Positions 1-7,843 of a stretch of DNA of 64,000 nt are shown here, in pieces (positions within the stretch are counted from its first letter, which is position 1; each line of letters opens with the position of its first letter). Origin of the DNA: a virus; IMG/VR virus record IMGVR_UViG_3300042387_000230, positions 3,248 through 67,247 of that record; one strand, 5' to 3'. The notes under the pieces were generated by a model. That model was given only the letters and a program-made list of their open reading frames with translations, had not been told where the DNA came from and searched no databases. The position numbers and the translations under genes are program-made.

Positions 1-435
1 TACTTCGCCATTGAATAGTGGCATAGTAATAATTTCTTCGTTTGAAATCTTCTCTAGGTTAGAGTCGATACCTTCTTCGTCCATCCACTGTAGGTAGCCC
101 TCCAGCATGATACGGCCAAGCTCTGCTTCCGCTTCCAAATCAAATGTGTCTCGATAATCAGCAATTAGTTTGTCCATGTCACTCTTGACTAAAGCGGCGT
201 GCGCCTCAAGAAGACCAATCTCACCGTCAGACGAGTAGTACTGGTCTAGTGCTTCGTGGATGCGTGAACCGAGTGCCAAAGCTCCGGTGTAGTCCTTTTG
301 CTTAGGCTGTAGACGTCGGTAGTAGTTCAACCACCACTTACGTCGGCAATCCTTAAATACCTGAATCTCAGAGTTAGAAAGGATGTATGGAACTAATGTT
401 TCTACTGCTTCAACAGTTTCGTTTTTGTCGCTCAT
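1..435 (-). CDS. PD-(D/E)XK (RecB/Cas4-like) exonuclease, N-terminal part; runs off the window edge
   Basis: Not in the ORF track. Manual translation from ATG at 435 gives MSDKNETVEAVETLVPYILSNSEIQVFKDCRRKWWLNYYRRL...ALGSRIHEAL. The SxS..F..C.RKW and GxxIHxAL motifs are typical of PDDEXK_1-family phage exonucleases. Confidence 0.8.
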   Translation of the reverse strand, partial: MSDKNETVEAVETLVPYILSNSEIQVFKDCRRKWWLNYYRRLQPKQKDYTGALALGSRIHEALDQYYSSDGEIGLLEAHAALVKSDMDKLIADYRDTFDLEAEAELGRIMLEGYLQWMDEEGIDSNLEKISNEEIITMPLFNGEV

Positions 436-437
436 GG

Positions 438-2246
438 CTACAGCTTACCTGCCTTGTCGTCTTTTAGCAAGGCTAATAATTTATCTTTGTCCTTAACAAT
501 CTGCTCAAAGTTTTCGCCCTTGCCCTCAAGAACTTGGATAACTCGCTCTTCAATAGTTCCCTCAGTCACGTAGTCCATAACAATCACGGAGTCGTGAATC
601 TCAGAACCAATACGGTGGATACGGTCAAGTGCCTGCTTGTGGTCAACAAGTGACCACGGGCGCTGAAGCATAATCAATCGACGAGCCGCGGTAAGGGTAA
701 TACCCACACCACCAGCCTGCGCAGTAAACAGAATCCATTTAATCTTTCCGGACTGGAAATCGTCAACAGCTTTCTGTCGCTCTTCTTCCGACTGAGCTCC
801 GGTAATTAGACCGTGCTCGATTCCTTCTTTAGTAAGCGAGGCACTTAGCAGGTTGATTAGCTGACGAGATACGGCACACACAGCGACTGAATCGTCGCCA
901 AAGTCACCGCTCTTGATATCATCCATAACAGCGTCAACCTTACAAGATGGCTCTGACAAAATAGGACGGATTTCTCCAGTAGCTTCGTCAGTCACCATCT
1001 CAGCAAATGCGCTAGCAAACTGAGTCAAGCGAGTAGTCTGAGTCAGCACGCTAGATGCAATGACAGCCTCTCCACTTTCAAGCTCTGCAATCATGTTGTC
1101 GCGCATGTCCTTGTACGCCTTAGCCTGCTTTGTAGACATTTCGATATCACGACGCTCGAATACCATGTCAGGTAGCCAAGGAAGCACGCGAGCCTTTAGC
1201 ATACGGCGCATACGTGGATTGATTGATGCGTGGAACTCTGCCTCCATGTGAGGCTTCACACCTAGAACCATCATGCCACCGAATGCATTAAGCATCGTGT
1301 CGACCATGCGGTCAATCCAGCGAGTTTTGCTAGGCCACTCTTCTGGCGATAGCCAGTGAAGAATAGGCCACATGTCCAAAACATCTCTTGCAATAGGAGT
1401 ACCAGTGAGTGCAAATCTGTAGTCGGCATCTCCGGTAGCTGCCCACATAGCTCGGGTCTGCTTTGACTTAGGGTCCTTAGAGCGGTGAATCTCGTCGGCA
1501 ATTACAGCCTTAAAGTCGATACGGTTTAGCTCACGCTCGTGGACCTCACAACGGTTTTCCGTTACTCGGTCGTCCATACCCTTACATGAGATGCATCGGG
1601 CTAGGGCGACTGAACCGTAAGGAGCTAGTCGAGAGTGAGAGCGTAGTGACTCCCAGTTAATTACGTATACGTCAGCTTCTTCATCGAACTGCTTACGGCG
1701 CTGAGTGGCAGTTCCGGTAATCACCTGAACCTTTACTCCAGGCCACCACTTGCCAAACTCACGCTTCCAGTTTTTCTTCAGCGTGTTGGGGCAAATAACT
1801 AGAGCAGGAAATGGCTCTCCGCCGTCATCCTGAATCTTCTTAAGGGCTCGGATAGCCTGAGCGGTCTTGCCCAAGCCAGGCTCGTCTGCCAAAAGGGCAC
1901 GCTTTGCGGTAGATAGAAACTTTACGCCAGCACGCTGGTGAGGGAACAAATCTTCGTCCCCTTCGCCCTCTGGAAGCTCCTCTAAGTCCCTAAGAGCATT
2001 AGACGGGTCCACGCGCAGGGTACGCTCGTTAGCGGCCCAGGAGGCCAGCAGAGGGCCAATTACGAGGTCATTCTTAAAGGTAGACCTTAGGGCTAGACAG
2101 GTGCCCCAAGACACCGGAACTTTCCATAGCTGGGCCTTGCTGTCATAGGTAGATCCGGGCAAACTCTTGCATAGCTCTTTAAAGCGCCAATCAGCGGTTA
2201 TAAAGATGTGTGTGCTCTGCTCATCAAGCTCAACACTTACAGGCAT
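438..2246 (-). CDS. SNF2-family (SF2) DNA helicase with HARP-like N-terminus
   Basis: LADEPGLGKT (motif I), DEIH (II), LTGTP (III), AGGVGITLT (V), QALDRIHRIG (VI); small Cys/His insertion CISC...RCEVH. Confidence 0.93.
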   Translation of the reverse strand: MPVSVELDEQSTHIFITADWRFKELCKSLPGSTYDSKAQLWKVPVSWGTCLALRSTFKNDLVIGPLLASWAANERTLRVDPSNALRDLEELPEGEGDEDLFPHQRAGVKFLSTAKRALLADEPGLGKTAQAIRALKKIQDDGGEPFPALVICPNTLKKNWKREFGKWWPGVKVQVITGTATQRRKQFDEEADVYVINWESLRSHSRLAPYGSVALARCISCKGMDDRVTENRCEVHERELNRIDFKAVIADEIHRSKDPKSKQTRAMWAATGDADYRFALTGTPIARDVLDMWPILHWLSPEEWPSKTRWIDRMVDTMLNAFGGMMVLGVKPHMEAEFHASINPRMRRMLKARVLPWLPDMVFERRDIEMSTKQAKAYKDMRDNMIAELESGEAVIASSVLTQTTRLTQFASAFAEMVTDEATGEIRPILSEPSCKVDAVMDDIKSGDFGDDSVAVCAVSRQLINLLSASLTKEGIEHGLITGAQSEEERQKAVDDFQSGKIKWILFTAQAGGVGITLTAARRLIMLQRPWSLVDHKQALDRIHRIGSEIHDSVIVMDYVTEGTIEERVIQVLEGKGENFEQIVKDKDKLLALLKDDKAGKL

Positions 2247-2259
2247 TACGCCTTCCTTT

Positions 2260-2321
2260 CGTCATTAGATATAGATACTATCATACTTTTTAGATTTTTA
2301 TTTAAATTTTTGGATAGTATC
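2260..2321 (-). promoter_or_regulatory. Putative promoter/operator upstream of the helicase
   Basis: AT-rich gap. The minus strand reads AAAGTATGATAGTAT (-10-like), then ATGACGAAAGGAAGG (RBS). Inverted repeat GATACTATC (2274-2282) / GATAGTATC (2313-2321). Confidence 0.5.
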
Positions 2322-2323
2322 TT

Positions 2324-2791
2324 TTAGCTTAGAAGCTTTTTTGGTACCCATCCAAGCCTGACTAACTTTAGCAGACCATGTCGTATTGCGTCAAGTGCGT
2401 GTCCTTCACCGCTCTTATGCCAATATCCTAGCTTCTTAAGCTTGGCGTTGTCAAACATTGCTTTTGCGTCTGCCGGAGACTGGAAATAGATATCATCCGA
2501 GCTCATGCCAATGTCCATCATAATCTGCTTAAGAATGCCAATCTGCTCTAGCGAGTATGGGGCCTGAGTGTTGCGCACGGTTTGGGCATTGATAGTGAAT
2601 CGCTCGCAAGCAATTAGAATCTCAGAGCCACCCATAATAGCTGAAGCAATAGCCTCTCTAATCGGAGTTGCATACTGATGCTGTAGATATTCTCCAGACG
2701 CTACCAACTCGGGTTCAGAGCCAGGCTCGTATGAGAATACGGCAAGGCCACTAGCCTTACCAGGGTCAACTGCAATAATTACTTTAGTCAT
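2324..2791 (-). CDS. RuvC-like Holliday junction resolvase
   Basis: IIAVDPG, ACERF and HALDAIRH acidic RNase H-fold motifs. The likely start MTKVII at 2791 overlaps the polymerase stop. Confidence 0.8.
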   Translation of the reverse strand: MTKVIIAVDPGKASGLAVFSYEPGSEPELVASGEYLQHQYATPIREAIASAIMGGSEILIACERFTINAQTVRNTQAPYSLEQIGILKQIMMDIGMSSDDIYFQSPADAKAMFDNAKLKKLGYWHKSGEGHALDAIRHGLLKLVRLGWVPKKLLS

Positions 2792-4616
2792 TGTACTTTT
2801 CTCCCCAGCGTGCAAATGGACCGTCTACACCGGCAGTTAGGGGAACTTGCCAGTCATCACGGGTGGTCATACATTCTTGTACAATATGTTTTATTTCATC
2901 AATATTATTCTTAGGTGCGTTTAGAACAATTTCGTCATGTACAGGAACAATCAATAGCTCGGTAAGGTCCGCCTTGTCAAGCTTCACTAAGTTAGCCTTA
3001 AATACTTCTGCAGCACTTGCCTGAACCAAATAGTTAGTCAATGAGTAGACACGGTTGTCGTCACACGGTAGGCGACGTCCAGTACGAGTCATGACATAGC
3101 CTATACCCTCGCTACGCAATCTACGCGTACCAGTGTCTTCAATCATCTGTTGCATCTTTTTAACACCAGGGTAACTCCTATCAAAAGCGTCAACAACAGT
3201 CTTCATCTGAGCATCAGATACTCCCGCTGTCAGTGCCATCTTAGATACTCCAGCTCCGTAAAGCTTTCCGTAGACCACACCCTTAATAAGTTTACGTCTG
3301 CTGTCTGACTTTTCAGCCGTAGGGTCTTGATAGACCTCTTTCATGATTTCAGTGAACACGTCGCCACCCGTACGGTCAGACTCATTAAATAGATTCATGA
3401 GGTCCTGGTCCTGGCTAAAGTTAGCGGTAAGACGGAACTCAACCTGGTCGAGGTCGCTAGAAATAATGACGTGGTCATCGTCTTTAGGGATAAACGCATT
3501 ACGCACCGTAGCGTCGCCTGATGGCAGAGTCTGAAGCGCAGGGTCTGTGATAGACATACGACCCGTGCGGGCACCAAGAGTTCGGACAGACGGATGCATG
3601 ATGCCATCAATGTTTCCGTCTAAGAAGTTCTTGAAGTACGTGTTGGCTAGCTTGTCAGCCTTACGCTGGTTTAGTACCGCCTTAGCAAGGTTCTGAACTT
3701 CAGGAGACCCGTCACGGGCTAGAACCTTAAGCTGGTCTTTAGACGCAGACTTCTGGCCCGATGGAGTGACTTCTGTAATGTCTGCGCCCATGCCCTCAAA
3801 CTGACGCACCAACTGAATGTTGCTAGTGATAGACATTCCGTAGGTATCTTTACCCCACTGCTTAACGCTCTCGCCATACTGATTCAGTTCGTCAAACTTA
3901 CGCTGAGAGTACTCAAGGTCTACGCGAGCACCATTGATTTCCATGCGAGTGACAATTTTACGAGCGGCCATCTCTAACTCGTAAGCGATACAGTATGGCC
4001 CCGAAGGTCCACACTTCTCCCAAAACTGCTCCCACAAACGCATCGTAAGAACCGTGTCTAGCGCACCATAAGACCAGTAGGGCTGAAAAGTAACAGGAAC
4101 GGTGCCCCAAGTCCAGCCATTCTCTTTCATGGACTGATCTAGGTGTGTCTGCAATGCAGCGGCCATAGGGTCTACATATTGAGACGTCAAAGTTTTTAGT
4201 GCACCAGAACCAAGCGGGTCAATAATCTGAGCCATAATCATGGTGTCGTGAGCACGGTGCCACGGCATTTTCCAGCGAGACTGAACGTCGAACCATCTGG
4301 CTTCAAAGGCAATATTGTGGCAAACAATAGGACCATCAAACTTGTCCATTGCTTCATAGAAGACACCACCCCACTCGTCCCAGGGGATTGCCCAGCCAGT
4401 CATACCGTCGCCAACCTGGACTAAACGAATTCGGCCGTGCCAAGGAGACAGAGCATCCTTGTGCGGACGCCCGTCAAGTTCTCCAGTTTCGATATCTATG
4501 GCAATTGCATTGTGCGGACGTCGCGCCCCAAGCCAGTTTATAAACTCCTGAGCCTTTTCAGCTGAGTCTACAAGATGTAGTTGTACATCAGATAGTCCAC
4601 CGCTCATATTCATCAT
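2784..4616 (-). CDS. polA: Family A DNA polymerase (3'-5' exonuclease + polymerase; no 5'-3' exonuclease)
   Basis: Exo motifs AIDIET, HNIAFE and YGALD; TGRMS; motif A DLDQVEFR; motif B RKLIKGVVYGKLYG; motif C VHDEIV. Confidence 0.95.
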   Translation of the reverse strand: MMNMSGGLSDVQLHLVDSAEKAQEFINWLGARRPHNAIAIDIETGELDGRPHKDALSPWHGRIRLVQVGDGMTGWAIPWDEWGGVFYEAMDKFDGPIVCHNIAFEARWFDVQSRWKMPWHRAHDTMIMAQIIDPLGSGALKTLTSQYVDPMAAALQTHLDQSMKENGWTWGTVPVTFQPYWSYGALDTVLTMRLWEQFWEKCGPSGPYCIAYELEMAARKIVTRMEINGARVDLEYSQRKFDELNQYGESVKQWGKDTYGMSITSNIQLVRQFEGMGADITEVTPSGQKSASKDQLKVLARDGSPEVQNLAKAVLNQRKADKLANTYFKNFLDGNIDGIMHPSVRTLGARTGRMSITDPALQTLPSGDATVRNAFIPKDDDHVIISSDLDQVEFRLTANFSQDQDLMNLFNESDRTGGDVFTEIMKEVYQDPTAEKSDSRRKLIKGVVYGKLYGAGVSKMALTAGVSDAQMKTVVDAFDRSYPGVKKMQQMIEDTGTRRLRSEGIGYVMTRTGRRLPCDDNRVYSLTNYLVQASAAEVFKANLVKLDKADLTELLIVPVHDEIVLNAPKNNIDEIKHIVQECMTTRDDWQVPLTAGVDGPFARWGEKYND

Positions 4617-4688
4617 CCTTAATCGTCATTTACGTCAGGGTACCTATGGTAGTACTAATTTCTGATTAGCGCAACTACTTAGCCTAAA

Positions 4689-4943
4689 TTAAAAAAGTTC
4701 TTCGTCAACGTCGCCCTCGTCTAGGTCATCATCGTCGAACGTAGCACCATATTTATAGGTCGGACCAACGTACACAGTATTTACAAGAAGCTGAGAGACC
4801 ATAAACAACGCTTGGTTCTCTGTGAAGCCAGAGTCTATTAGCTCGTTGTATATCTCATTAATCTGTATGGCAGTCTCTTTTAAAGAGGACAGGCCCTCGA
4901 CAACCGGAGTTGGTGGTGGCGGTGTTGCTTCCGGTTCTTCCAT
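4689..4943 (-). CDS. Hypothetical acidic protein
   Basis: 84-aa ORF in operon orientation; contains a Y.EL..SGFTE.QA helical motif common in small phage proteins. Confidence 0.65.
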   Translation of the reverse strand: MEEPEATPPPPTPVVEGLSSLKETAIQINEIYNELIDSGFTENQALFMVSQLLVNTVYVGPTYKYGATFDDDDLDEGDVDEELF

Positions 4944-4952
4944 GATACCTTT

Positions 4953-5423
4953 CTACGGTATTACTTCAAATTTGAATACCTGATCTATTTTAACGTCATT
5001 AGCGGCAGATGTCTCTAGCAGCCTTTGAGCAACGTTCGTAAGATACCTAGCACCGCTACTGTCATACTTATAGAGAGCATCTAGGACAGCGTTAGGTTCT
5101 TCACTGACCTGCGCCCAGTAGCGATGCTTCTCTGGGAATACTAGTTCGGTGCTTTCATCTGGAGAACATTCTTCACATGTTAGAGCATCTTTGGCCAGTT
5201 GTCCATAGGGAACTTCTTGCAATCCATATCTTTTTACCAGTGGACAAGCTGCGCCATGATAAACCAATGATACGCCAACACGTGACAAAATGTAAGAGCC
5301 ACTGTCGGTACGGTAAAGTTCGAATTCAATCCAGCGGGTAGAACCTTTACGCCAAGACGTAGATTTACCCAACAACGAGCCGTTAAATTGTAGGGTTCTT
5401 GACCCGTCCTTGACTTCGTACAT
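4953..5423 (-). CDS. Hypothetical protein, possible metal-binding (H..ACP, CEEC)
   Basis: 156-aa ORF, coupled to the upstream ORF by a TAATG overlap. Confidence 0.75.
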   Translation of the reverse strand: MYEVKDGSRTLQFNGSLLGKSTSWRKGSTRWIEFELYRTDSGSYILSRVGVSLVYHGAACPLVKRYGLQEVPYGQLAKDALTCEECSPDESTELVFPEKHRYWAQVSEEPNAVLDALYKYDSSGARYLTNVAQRLLETSAANDVKIDQVFKFEVIP

Positions 5424-5587
5424 TATTCTTTTTCCGCTCTCAAGCTGTCTAACTCTCTAGACAAAGCAGCATTCTTTCTTTTTTCCAAGCTAAGCATTGC
5501 CTCAAGCTCGGCACACAAACTCATAGACCTAGAGAGTTGCTCTCTAGTTACGGCTAGAATGGTGTTTAGTAGTTCATTGTCTTTCAT
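5423..5587 (-). CDS. Small coiled-coil hypothetical protein (54 aa)
   Basis: Below the track cutoff. Translates as MKDNELLNTILAVTREQLSRSMSLCAELEAMLSLEKRKNAALSRELDSLRAEKE; AGAAGG RBS; TAATG coupling to the next gene. Confidence 0.65.
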   Translation of the reverse strand: MKDNELLNTILAVTREQLSRSMSLCAELEAMLSLEKRKNAALSRELDSLRAEKE

Positions 5588-5631
5588 TCGTCATCCTTCT
5601 TTATATCTATTGTACTAAGTATTTTTAAGGG

Positions 5632-5766
5632 CTATTTGGACAGAATATAGGCCTTTGCCGCTGCCTTAGATGAAAACTGGCCTTCTACCTTGTTAGTAAT
5701 TCGATTGATAACTATGTAGATAGTTATGTTCTCTTCAGTACTAAATTTCTGCAATATTTTGTACAT
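5632..5766 (-). CDS. Small hypothetical protein (44 aa)
   Basis: Translates as MYKILQKFSTEENITIYIVINRITNKVEGQFSSKAAAKAYILSK; its ATG overlaps the upstream TAA (TAATG). Confidence 0.45.
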   Translation of the reverse strand: MYKILQKFSTEENITIYIVINRITNKVEGQFSSKAAAKAYILSK

Positions 5767-7841
5767 TATGTCCAGTGTCCTTGTCCATCAGAAGTTTTCG
5801 GGGTAGTGGCAACCCAGGTACTACCATTATAAACCTTTACAGCAACGACGTTATTATTCCAGCTACCATTTAGGAATACCTTAGTTTTATTGGAGATGGG
5901 GGTAGGCGCAGGAGGAGGAGACGGATTACTCATAGTTAAGAAGAAAACGTCGCTTCCAGCTACAGGAGTGCCAGATCTTTTAAATCCTTCAACGTAAAGC
6001 GATAAGGTGTATGTTGCACCAGGGGTAAGATTAGTGACCACCTGGGAGCCCTTCAAATCACCTGACGATATAATGTTATCTGTAGAAGACACTTCAGAAT
6101 ACAGACTATACAGAGTCGCTCCGTTGATAACGGTGCTCCAATTAATAGTAGCTTCTGTACCAGCCGGGTTTGAGACCGCTGAAATGCTCGGCACAATAAC
6201 TGAAACGTTTGCATTGCTAGCAAGAGTAGTGCCCGTAGTACTTACGGTGGACGAGGTGTTAGGAGATGTAGTTTTTGCATTCTGAGCATACAGACTATAT
6301 GTGTAGCTAGTGTTGGCAGACAAGCCTGTCACAGTTGCATAATTATTGATGGTAGGAGAGTATGAAATTGTGCCAGGTCCGGATATATAATAATTTACTG
6401 GCAGATATCCGCCAGCATCAGATGCAGACCAAGAAAGTGCTAAGGATGAAGTGCTTAGAGCTCTAGCACTAAAATCTAGAGGAGTGGTGGGTGCACCATC
6501 TGCAGTACCGCTAATGGTTAGAGGGACTTCATCGAACCCGACAATTCCATTGCCATTGTATGTACCGTATACAACTATGTACCAAGTGTACGTAGAGCCA
6601 GGAGAGAGGTCATACACTCCGGCGCTACCGCTCAATCCGCCAGCACTCAGGTTCGGGCCATACACTTCAGCAAAAGCAATAGATATGCCAGGGCTTACGA
6701 CGGTACTCCATGAAACATCAGCCGCATTTCCGCCACTCTGAACCGCAGTAATCGTTGGTACAATAGTTTTAATTTCAGCAGCTGTAGTGAAAACAACGCT
6801 TACGGTAGCAGACTCGCTAGCACCAAGGGTTGCATATATATTATAGGTATATTGCGTAGACGGGGATAGATTAGTTATAGTGGCAAAGTTATTTCCAGGA
6901 GTGTAAGAAACGTCACCGCCACTACCATTAATTACGTAAGCGACTCCAGGGGTGGCTGAAGGGGTCCACGTAAGTCTGGCAGAGGTATCCGTTAGGTAGG
7001 CCGCGTCGGATTGGAAATTAGTCGGAGCGTATATTGCAGGAGTAGAAGCAGTTCCTGTATAGGTTACTTCAAGCCTGTTGTTAGCTAGAACTAGCGTGTA
7101 GGTGTAGGCAACTCCTGGAGATAGTACAGATTCAGTATCACTGGTAAACTCTTCGCCAGCCCCCCCGGCGGGAAAAGATCCGCTAGCTATGCCACTTGGA
7201 ACCCCGGTACCGGATATTGTGTAGTAAGTTCTTCCAACGTTAGTGCCCGACCCAGAAAAAATACCGTAGTAAAGATTTAGACTGGTGAGAGAGTTTGGTA
7301 CCTGACTAACAGATATGAATCCGGATGGAGCAGTTGTACTGACGGGATTAGCAGGTAAATCGAAAGCAGTAGCAGAAACGCTACCCCCGTTATTAGAAGC
7401 AGATACGGTAAATGAATACCTGGTAGACCTTGGAGTTACAGCTACCGAAACAGTCACACTTCCAGTAGATGCCCCGGCAGCAAGCGATCCGCTAGCAACG
7501 CTAGTGCTACCGTCTCGTACGACCGACCAAGAAGTAGTTCCCCCATCGCCAGATGCAGTTACGTTGTACGTAATCGATACTGAATATGCTGTAGTTCTAG
7601 TAGCAGTTATGGACACGCTAGGCGGGGATACAGGCGGAACATACTGATAAAAAGTTACTGTGACTACAGTAAACAAAGGCTGGTTAGTTCCCGCACCCGG
7701 GCTCTGAGACGCGGCAGTTCCGTCATTGCCAGCAGTGGCTCCTACAGTGGTGTAAGCAGCAGAAAAACCAAACCCATTCGCATCCAGTATATCTGCGGCG
7801 CTAGCAACGGTTTCGCCAATTACACTCGGGACAAAAGCCAT
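5766..7841 (-). CDS. Tail fibre/adhesin-like protein: N-terminal PASTA-like domain + fibronectin type III repeats
   Basis: VPSVIGETVASAADILDANGF...QSPGAGT..VVTVT matches a PASTA pattern. Repeated LSPSTQYTY, LSANTSYTY and LTPGATYTL FN3 signatures. Last large gene of the tail module. Confidence 0.75.
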   Translation of the reverse strand: MAFVPSVIGETVASAADILDANGFGFSAAYTTVGATAGNDGTAASQSPGAGTNQPLFTVVTVTFYQYVPPVSPPSVSITATRTTAYSVSITYNVTASGDGGTTSWSVVRDGSTSVASGSLAAGASTGSVTVSVAVTPRSTRYSFTVSASNNGGSVSATAFDLPANPVSTTAPSGFISVSQVPNSLTSLNLYYGIFSGSGTNVGRTYYTISGTGVPSGIASGSFPAGGAGEEFTSDTESVLSPGVAYTYTLVLANNRLEVTYTGTASTPAIYAPTNFQSDAAYLTDTSARLTWTPSATPGVAYVINGSGGDVSYTPGNNFATITNLSPSTQYTYNIYATLGASESATVSVVFTTAAEIKTIVPTITAVQSGGNAADVSWSTVVSPGISIAFAEVYGPNLSAGGLSGSAGVYDLSPGSTYTWYIVVYGTYNGNGIVGFDEVPLTISGTADGAPTTPLDFSARALSTSSLALSWSASDAGGYLPVNYYISGPGTISYSPTINNYATVTGLSANTSYTYSLYAQNAKTTSPNTSSTVSTTGTTLASNANVSVIVPSISAVSNPAGTEATINWSTVINGATLYSLYSEVSSTDNIISSGDLKGSQVVTNLTPGATYTLSLYVEGFKRSGTPVAGSDVFFLTMSNPSPPPAPTPISNKTKVFLNGSWNNNVVAVKVYNGSTWVATTPKTSDGQGHWT

Positions 7842-7843
7842 GA

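Noticed and set aside
438-4616. Inteins or introns in the helicase or polymerase
   Set aside because: Lengths are ordinary and no intein splice-junction or homing-endonuclease motifs were seen.
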